Under the pieces are notes generated by a model. That model was not told the DNA's origin, searched no databases, and saw only the letters and a list, made by a program, of their open reading frames with translations. A stretch of 64,000 nucleotides of DNA from an uncultured Candidatus Nemicrothrix sp. GTDB taxonomy: Bacteria; Actinomycetota; Acidimicrobiia; Acidimicrobiales; UBA8592. The position numbers and the translations under genes are program-made. Shown here one piece after another: positions 57,901 to 64,000 of this stretch (its first letter is position 1; every line of letters begins with the position of its first letter). The stretch spans positions 75,364-139,363 of the forward strand of contig CAZMAW010000002.1 of the NCBI GenBank assembly GCA_964564495.1, given 5' to 3'.

Positions 57901-59610
57901 TTATTTTTCCTTCTCAGCTCTATTGATGGCACTGATGATAGCCCGCATTGATGCTGTAGTGATATCTGTGTGCAAACCACAGCCCCATAATTCATTTCCG
58001 TCTATAGCCATTTCGATGTATGCGACTGCTGTCGCATCTGAGCCGGTACCTTTTGAATGTTCGTGGTAGTCGAGAACTTTGAGATCTAGATCAAGGGAAG
58101 TTCGGAGCCCAGTTACAAACGCATCCAACGATCCGGCTCCTTCACCTTGAACAACTAGTTGTTCACCATCCTTGGAAATACGTGCCGTGAGCAAAGTCCG
58201 GTCCTTCCCAGCCGCATTTTGTGCTGACTCGTAACCATGCAAAAGATGGGGGTAATCAAGATCTAAGTATTCTCCGGCAAACTCGTTATAAATTTGTTGA
58301 GATGTTATTTCCTTCCCAGTCGAATCTGTGATCCGTTGGATTCTTCTGGTGAATTCAATCTGCATTCGACGCGGTAAATCAAATTGGTTCTCTGTCTTGA
58401 GTAGATAAGAAACACCACCTTTGCCTGACTGACTGTTTACTCGAACGACATCTTCGTAAGTTCGACCCACATCCTTTGGGTCGATAGGAATGTAAGGTAC
58501 CTCGAATATCTCAGAATTTGATTTCTCAAGGGCTTGGAAGCCCTTCTTAATCGCATCTTGGTGAGACCCTGAGAAGGCCGTGTAAACCAAGTCACCTACA
58601 TATGGATGTCGAGGGTGGACCGGAAGTTGATTGCAGTATTCTGCGACCCTTCGTAGTTCGTTGATATCACTTATATCGAGCATCGGGTCGATTCCTTGGC
58701 TGAACATATTCATTGCAATATTGACCAAGTCAACGTTTCCTGTTCTTTCGCCGTTACCGAACAAGGTTCCCTCAACACGATCTGCTCCAGCCATAATTCC
58801 GAATTCAGCGGCCGCAACACCTGTACCGCGGTCATTATGTGGGTGGAGGCTAAGGATCACATCTTGTCTTCGGTTTAAATTTCTATGCATCCATTCGATC
58901 ATGTCTCCGTATGTGTTAGCTGTCGCCATTTCAACGGTTGCGGGGAGATTTATAATTAGTCTGTTCTCAGGTGTCGGGTCGATGACTTCAATAACGGCTT
59001 CACAAATCTCTTTCGCATATGGTAATTCTGTTCCCGTGAATGACTCTGGAGAATATTCGTAACGAATTCGGGTTTCAGGAACTTCTGTTTCTAAACTTTT
59101 ACAGATAGCGGCAGCATCAGTGGCAATTCTTGTTATCCCATTAGTCTCTAAGTCAAAGACGACATTGCGCTGAAGTGTTGATGTTGAGTTGTAAAAATGG
59201 ATTATTGCTTGCTTGCTGCCGGCAATTGACTCGAATGTTCTATGAATTAGTTCCTCTCGACTTTGAACCAATACTTGGATGGTAACGTCATCGGGGATTG
59301 CGTCAGCTTCAATGATTTCTCGGACAAACTTAAAGTCGGCTTCTGAGGCAGATGGAAACCCAACTTCAATTTCTTTGAAGCCTATTGAAATGAGAGTTTC
59401 GAACATTTTCCATTTTCTCTCCGGGTCCATTGGTTCAATTAGCGCTTGGTTGCCATCACGAAGATCGACGGAACACCATAATGGCGCTTTAGAAATAACT
59501 GCTGTTGGCCAAGTTCGATCAGGAAGATTTATGGGAGCAAAGGGTTTGTACTTGGCGTACGGCATTTCGCTCGGTTGCTGGATGTCTTCTAAGTGGTTGT
59601 GTGTATTCAT
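57901..59610 (-). CDS. leuA: 2-isopropylmalate synthase (actinobacterial/yeast type)
   Basis: VDLRDGNQAL, YSPESF, NLPATVE, HPHNDRG, GNGERTGN, YTAFSGSHQDAI, VNSQSGKGG. Confidence 0.97.
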   Translation of the reverse strand: MNTHNHLEDIQQPSEMPYAKYKPFAPINLPDRTWPTAVISKAPLWCSVDLRDGNQALIEPMDPERKWKMFETLISIGFKEIEVGFPSASEADFKFVREIIEADAIPDDVTIQVLVQSREELIHRTFESIAGSKQAIIHFYNSTSTLQRNVVFDLETNGITRIATDAAAICKSLETEVPETRIRYEYSPESFTGTELPYAKEICEAVIEVIDPTPENRLIINLPATVEMATANTYGDMIEWMHRNLNRRQDVILSLHPHNDRGTGVAAAEFGIMAGADRVEGTLFGNGERTGNVDLVNIAMNMFSQGIDPMLDISDINELRRVAEYCNQLPVHPRHPYVGDLVYTAFSGSHQDAIKKGFQALEKSNSEIFEVPYIPIDPKDVGRTYEDVVRVNSQSGKGGVSYLLKTENQFDLPRRMQIEFTRRIQRITDSTGKEITSQQIYNEFAGEYLDLDYPHLLHGYESAQNAAGKDRTLLTARISKDGEQLVVQGEGAGSLDAFVTGLRTSLDLDLKVLDYHEHSKGTGSDATAVAYIEMAIDGNELWGCGLHTDITTASMRAIISAINRAEKEK

Positions 59611-59723
59611 ATTAATCCTCTCAACTCGTATACGACTTCAATAAGTCCCGATGGTCAGTCCGAGCAGACCACCGGGCGTATAAGTCGTAGAGCGAGGAGT
59701 AAGTTAAGCACAGTCTAAGGGTA
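59611..59723 (-). promoter_or_regulatory. leuA translational attenuator (LEU-element-like RNA)
   Basis: TACGACTT/AAGTCGTA (59682-59689 with 59631-59638) and CCCGGTGGTC/GACCATCGGG (59667-59676 with 59647-59656) stems. TCCTC in the Leu codons (59694-59698) is complementary to the leuA SD GAGGA (59616-59620). Confidence 0.75.
59655..59711 (-). CDS. Leu-rich leader peptide of leuA (MLNLLLALRLIRPVVCSD, 18 aa)
   Basis: GTG CTT AAC TTA CTC CTC GCT CTA CGA CTT...TGA; 6 Leu in the first 10 codons; TACCCT -10 box 6 nt upstream. Confidence 0.8.
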   Translation of the reverse strand: MLNLLLALRLIRPVVCSD

Positions 59724-59763
59724 GCTAGAAAGTTGTCTTATGCCACAAGGGGCCAGAGAGACA

Positions 59764-60594
59764 TCACCGAATCTGATGATTAATTCTTTTCCCCGATTTA
59801 AACAAATTCTGCCCTTCGGCCATTGCCTTCTTGGACATCCCAGTACTTAGAAGTGACGGTGCCTGATCTAAAGCATTGATCCGGCCGAGATCGTTTGCGG
59901 CCCAGATGGCTCTAAGGCTCGCTTGGACAGCTATCGGTGGTTGGCTAGCGATAGCATTCGCGATCCATTCTGCTCTTTCATGAAGTTTCCCTATGGAGAC
60001 GACTTCGCTTACTAGTCCGATTTGGTGTGCAGTTGCTGCTGAGAGACGTTCATGATTTCCCAAAAGAGTCATTCTTAATATTTCACCTAGGGGCATGCGT
60101 TGAGCCATTTTCATTGGTTCATAAATAGCAGGCATACCGTAAGTAACGTGAGGGTCGAAGAAAGTAGCGTGTTCAGCTGCGACAATGATGTCGCATTCAG
60201 CGAGAAAATAGAAAGCACCTCCGCAGCACATGCCATTCACTGCACATATAACAGGTTTCCACAAATCGCATGACTTTGGTCCTAGGTCGTCTCCCGGGTC
60301 ATCGTACATGTAGTTGTTTGAAGTCCCGTAGAGATTTTCGTTGTCTTCAAGGGCAGGCATTTCTCCGTCGCGATCAATCCCTACGCAAAACGATTTTTCT
60401 CCACTGCCAGTAAGTACAATTGCGTGAACTTCGTCCATTTTTCTAAATGCAAGCCAAGTCTCACGGATTTCATCTTGCATTTGGGAATTAAATGCATTGA
60501 GCACATCCGGCCGATTGAGCGTGACCCAAGCAACATTATTATCAAAATTAACTGTGATTGTTTGGAATGTCGTTGGATCAAAGTTGTTTGCCAT
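59764..60594 (-). CDS. enoyl-CoA hydratase/isomerase family protein
   Basis: LNRPDVLNA, FCVG.D, AVNGMCCGG, FFDPHV. Confidence 0.9.
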   Translation of the reverse strand: MANNFDPTTFQTITVNFDNNVAWVTLNRPDVLNAFNSQMQDEIRETWLAFRKMDEVHAIVLTGSGEKSFCVGIDRDGEMPALEDNENLYGTSNNYMYDDPGDDLGPKSCDLWKPVICAVNGMCCGGAFYFLAECDIIVAAEHATFFDPHVTYGMPAIYEPMKMAQRMPLGEILRMTLLGNHERLSAATAHQIGLVSEVVSIGKLHERAEWIANAIASQPPIAVQASLRAIWAANDLGRINALDQAPSLLSTGMSKKAMAEGQNLFKSGKRINHQIR

Positions 60595-60683
60595 TATTCC
60601 AGTTTGGCAGGTAGATCGACAAACACCACGGAAGCGAAAGGATTTGCCTGATTGGCTGCGGTTTTTGTGCGAAAAGAAAGTTT

Positions 60684-61127
60684 CTAAGCAGGTTTACTTT
60701 CACGAACTAGAGAGTTTCCTTTGGTCCATGTGATATCAATTTTGCGCCTTGTTAAACGCCAACCAACATCCGTAAGAAGAGCCTCATCGGTGTATATCCC
60801 TCCCATTTCATGAAAATCTCCCCCAGGTGTGTCCTTTAAGTACTGGATTACGTGAAGATAGCACCCCGCTTCAGCTGTATTTCCTGCAATTCTTGACCAG
60901 TGGTTTCCATTAAAGTGTTGAACTGATGTCAAATATTCACACCCAGCGTACATTGCCTGTTTTATCGCTTCGATCCCAATATACGAATGACCGTAGAAGC
61001 CAATAGCATCTCGGGTAAAGATATCATCCAGTTGCTCGTAATTTCCGCTATCGATCGCTAGCGCGTAGGAAATTTGGAGTTCGCGTATAGCTTCTTTGTG
61101 CATACATTCCTGAGAAAGGTCGTCCAT
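60684..61127 (-). CDS. SnoaL/NTF2-like protein (LinA/BaiE-like)
   Basis: IRELQISYALAID, QHFNGNH, YTDE, WRL. Confidence 0.8.
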   Translation of the reverse strand: MDDLSQECMHKEAIRELQISYALAIDSGNYEQLDDIFTRDAIGFYGHSYIGIEAIKQAMYAGCEYLTSVQHFNGNHWSRIAGNTAEAGCYLHVIQYLKDTPGGDFHEMGGIYTDEALLTDVGWRLTRRKIDITWTKGNSLVRESKPA

Positions 61128-61191
61128 AGCGCTCCGTAGGTTTCAGAGATTGGCAGTTTGCTAGCGTTTAAATACGAAAGTTTACAAAATC

Positions 61192-61207
61192 ATGACAGAA
61201 TTGTCAT
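61192..61207. promoter_or_regulatory. perfect palindrome abutting the SDR start codon
   Basis: ATGACA-gaat-TGTCAT directly before ATG 61208. Confidence 0.35.
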
Positions 61208-61960
61208 ATGGCATTCAATTTTGATGGCAAGGTAGCAGTTGTTACTGGGGCAAGTAGGGGTATCGGAGAAGCTACGGTTCGGCAATTAGATGCTGGAGGC
61301 GCAAGAGTTGTTCTTGTGTCTCGTAGCAAGAAGAAATTAAATAAGATCGCTACTGAATTGGTAAACGAAACTCTTGTTGTTGACTGTGACCTTAGCGCTG
61401 ATAGGTCCACAGACGATATCAGAGATCGCGTTTTTGAGAAGTTCGACCGCATTGATATTCTGGTGAACAATGCCGCCATAGAGCGTAACGAACCAGCACA
61501 CCGAGCAACAGCTGCTGCCATAGATGAAACCCTTCTGGTGAATCTTCGACAAGCATTTATGTTGTGTGCTGTCTTTGCAAAAGACCTCTTTGCGACTCAA
61601 GGCAATGTTGTGAACGTAACCTCAACAGCAGCTGCTGGAGCCGGAGGAACCCAAGGAGCTTATGCTGCTTCAAAGGGAGGATTGAACACTCTGACGAAGA
61701 ACCTTAGCAATGAATGGGCTAACAAGGGAGTCAGAATCAATGCCGTAGCTCCAGGTTTAGTGCTCACAGAGATGTGGGAACCTACATTTGAGTTGTTAGG
61801 GGAAGAGAACGTGATGGAGAACTTCGTGAAACGCGTCCCACTCGGCAAATGGGGAACACCTGAGGAGATTGCCAATGTCATCTGTTTCCTCGCATCTGAC
61901 CTTGCTTCCTATATGACGGGACAAGTTGTTCGAGTTGACGGCGGAATGCTGAATCTTTGA
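61208..61960 (+). CDS. SDR
   Basis: TGASRGIG, NNAA, YAASK. Confidence 0.92.
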   Translation: MAFNFDGKVAVVTGASRGIGEATVRQLDAGGARVVLVSRSKKKLNKIATELVNETLVVDCDLSADRSTDDIRDRVFEKFDRIDILVNNAAIERNEPAHRATAAAIDETLLVNLRQAFMLCAVFAKDLFATQGNVVNVTSTAAAGAGGTQGAYAASKGGLNTLTKNLSNEWANKGVRINAVAPGLVLTEMWEPTFELLGEENVMENFVKRVPLGKWGTPEEIANVICFLASDLASYMTGQVVRVDGGMLNL

Positions 61961-62024
61961 CGGGTATAGAAATGACGAATATTTGAATCCCCACATGAAA
62001 GAGATTTAGACTAGGCGGAAGAAT

Positions 62025-63320
62025 ATGACTACAGGAACAACAGAAGAAAAACTAGACGCTTTAATTGACCGTGACCAAGAAGCTATTGGATGTCCATATC
62101 CGATATTTTCTGCGTTACGTGATGAAAGTCCAATTCACTTCAGTGACAAACTCGGGACATGGGTCTGCACTCGATATGAAGACATCATGGAAATCCTTCA
62201 CGATACAGATCGTTTCTCATCACAAATGCCGACGGGCCCAGTTGATGGACGAGGAGGATTCGCCAGTGCGATGGAAGAATTGGCTGCTGATCCCAGTATG
62301 GAAGAATATTTTCAGAGCTTTTTGGCAAACGCAGCAAACGCAGCTGTTCTCTTGAATGCTGATCCTCCGGATCATCGGCGTCAACGTAAAGCAGTAAATA
62401 GGGCATTTAGGCCCACGCGCCTTCGCGGCATGGAACCAATGATTCAAGAAGTAACGAAAAACCTGCTCGACGAGATCGTTGATAATGGGGAATCGGAATT
62501 TGTTGCTGAATTTGCGGTAGGGCTTCCCATGACAATCATCGCAGTTGCCTTGGGAGTTGAAACCGACGATCTTGGAACATTTAAGAAATGGTCAGATGAT
62601 TTGGTTATGCCTGTCGGCAATTCAAATCCCACAACGGAAAAGGTCCGCGACTATCTAGTTTCGCTCGCTCAATTTAATAGTTTCTTCGGTGATCTCCTTG
62701 AGTTACGAAGAGAGGAAGCACAGGAAGACATTATTTCCGATGTAGCAAACGCTGAAGTAAACGATGAAATGCTGAATGAAGCTGAAATGCTTTCTATGCT
62801 TCAGCAGTTTCTCGTTGCAGGCAATGAAACTACGACGAAGCTCATTACAAATTTGATGCACCACCTTGCCGTTGAAGACGGGCTCGAGGAAAAACTCAGA
62901 GATGAGCCGGAGCTTATAGATAATTTCATCGAGGAGGGGCTTCGGTTCGAAGCACCAGTTGGCGGACTCTTTCGAATGGCGAAAGAGGATACCGTAGTCG
63001 GTGGAACCGAGTTGCGGGAAGGTGACCATATCTGGCTTATCTTTGCCGCTGCAAATCGAGATCCCGAAATGTTTCCTAAACCTGATGAATTTTCGGTCGA
63101 CCGTGAAAATGCGCGTGACCATCTAGCCTTTGGACATGGCGAACATTTCTGTATCGGAGCGACTCTAGCTCGGTTGGAAGCTCGAATCGCTGTGGAACAG
63201 ATCCTTCACCGAATGGAGAATATTCGACTCATTGAGGATAAAAATAACTTTGAGTATGAAGACACATTCGTCCTTCGTGGACTGAAGGAACTCCATGTAG
63301 CATTTGATGTCCGTGAGTAA
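62025..63320 (+). CDS. cytochrome P450 (canonical type)
   Basis: VAGNETTT, EEGLR, FGHGEHFCIG. Confidence 0.95.
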   Translation: MTTGTTEEKLDALIDRDQEAIGCPYPIFSALRDESPIHFSDKLGTWVCTRYEDIMEILHDTDRFSSQMPTGPVDGRGGFASAMEELAADPSMEEYFQSFLANAANAAVLLNADPPDHRRQRKAVNRAFRPTRLRGMEPMIQEVTKNLLDEIVDNGESEFVAEFAVGLPMTIIAVALGVETDDLGTFKKWSDDLVMPVGNSNPTTEKVRDYLVSLAQFNSFFGDLLELRREEAQEDIISDVANAEVNDEMLNEAEMLSMLQQFLVAGNETTTKLITNLMHHLAVEDGLEEKLRDEPELIDNFIEEGLRFEAPVGGLFRMAKEDTVVGGTELREGDHIWLIFAAANRDPEMFPKPDEFSVDRENARDHLAFGHGEHFCIGATLARLEARIAVEQILHRMENIRLIEDKNNFEYEDTFVLRGLKELHVAFDVRE

Positions 63321-63352
63321 AAAGATGCCTATGTCTTTCAGGAGGAACCACC

Positions 63353-64000
63353 ATGGCTGAATGTCCTGGAAATCCACAAACTATAGGAGACGTTGATGTT
63401 TTTGCTCCTGAAACAATAGAAAACTGGTATCCGACGTACGACCTCTTGAGAGAGGAAGCTCCTATATACCACGTTCCAGGAACTCAGACTTATTTCCTCA
63501 CCCGCTATGAAGATATCAGTCACGTTCTTCGGAGAACAGATCTATTTAGAAGGGGAGCAGGAAAATCACGTCCGCTACTTTCTGACTCAGAGGCTCTGAA
63601 AATTTTCCAAGAACAAGGTTGGCCCAAAAGGACGGTGTTGGGTTCGAACCCCCCTGAACATCGCCGTTACAGAGATATGGTTGACCACTTTTTTTCAGTA
63701 ATAGGAGCTGAGAAACAAACTGCTCTCATTACGAATATTATCAATGCTCTAATTGATGAATGGATCGACGGTGGGGAAGTGGAATATGTAAAATGCTTTG
63801 CTGAACCACTGCCGTCGATGGTGATAACGACGATGATGGGATTTCCACTAGAGGATCTTGAGAATTTAAAGATCTGGAGCGAAGCATGGGTCGCGCCTTT
63901 CTCCCTTCAATTAAGTGCAGAAGAAGAGCGTGAAGCGGCGCAACATATGGTCGATTTCCAGCATTATATTTATGGCCACATACAGATGAGGAGAGAAAAT
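63353..64000 (+). CDS. cytochrome P450, N-terminal part (runs off the window)
   Basis: GGAGG SD, ATG 63353. MAECPGNP...LREEAPIYHVP...LTRYEDI...NPPEHRRYR...FAEPLPSMVITTMMGFP...WSEAWV, open to base 64000; absent from the ORF track. Confidence 0.85.
   Translation, partial: MAECPGNPQTIGDVDVFAPETIENWYPTYDLLREEAPIYHVPGTQTYFLTRYEDISHVLRRTDLFRRGAGKSRPLLSDSEALKIFQEQGWPKRTVLGSNPPEHRRYRDMVDHFFSVIGAEKQTALITNIINALIDEWIDGGEVEYVKCFAEPLPSMVITTMMGFPLEDLENLKIWSEAWVAPFSLQLSAEEEREAAQHMVDFQHYIYGHIQMRREN

Noticed and set aside
267-63523. The many 60-165 aa ORFs overlapping or antisense to the main genes (e.g. 267..608, 17785..18021, 31228..31725, 50272..50757, 63338..63523)
   Set aside because: They lie opposite or inside motif-supported genes and have no recognisable motifs
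1-64000. Genome-wide TGA reassignment (code 4 or 25)
   Set aside because: Many complete genes end in TGA right at family-typical C-termini (e.g. 4803, 42319, 44223, 59764)
1-64000. tRNA, rRNA, IS, integrase or prophage elements
   Set aside because: Intergenic gaps are all under about 200 nt and no ORF shows such motifs

Overview
A densely coding bacterial window with about 69 CDS and short intergenic gaps. GC is visually moderate (mid-40s %, not computed). It is most likely from an actinobacterium, plausibly Acidimicrobiia-like (inference from F420-dependent enzyme families, DUF35/thiolase genes, actinobacterial-type LeuA with a Leu leader, and TANNNT-N6-ATG leaderless starts). Almost the whole window is one very large oxidative, CoA-dependent catabolic island for hydrophobic or alicyclic organic acids. 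It has 6 cytochromes P450 (one truncated at the right edge), 2 small ferredoxins, 1 Rieske oxygenase, 6 acyl-CoA ligases, 9 SDRs, 2 acyl-CoA dehydrogenases, 2 class III CoA-transferases, 2 thiolase-fold proteins, 2 crotonases, 4 MaoC/hot-dog proteins, 4 NTF2/SnoaL proteins, a Liv-type ABC importer and 2 MFS transporters. I recognise no transcription factor, mobile element, tRNA/rRNA or CRISPR array. Highlights missed by the ORF track: (1) an ArsC-family gene whose catalytic Cys12 codon is an in-frame TGA followed by a SECIS-like hairpin, i.e. a probable selenoprotein; (2) a Leu-rich leader peptide with an anti-SD hairpin upstream of leuA. Other highlights: (3) three divergent P450 paralogues with His or Gln replacing the conserved I-helix acid; (4) a heme-oxygenase-like diiron oxidase next to a cupin; (5) two paralogues of an uncharacterised internally duplicated protein, inside what look like two parallel gene modules. 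All functional calls rest on motif recognition only; no database searches were run.
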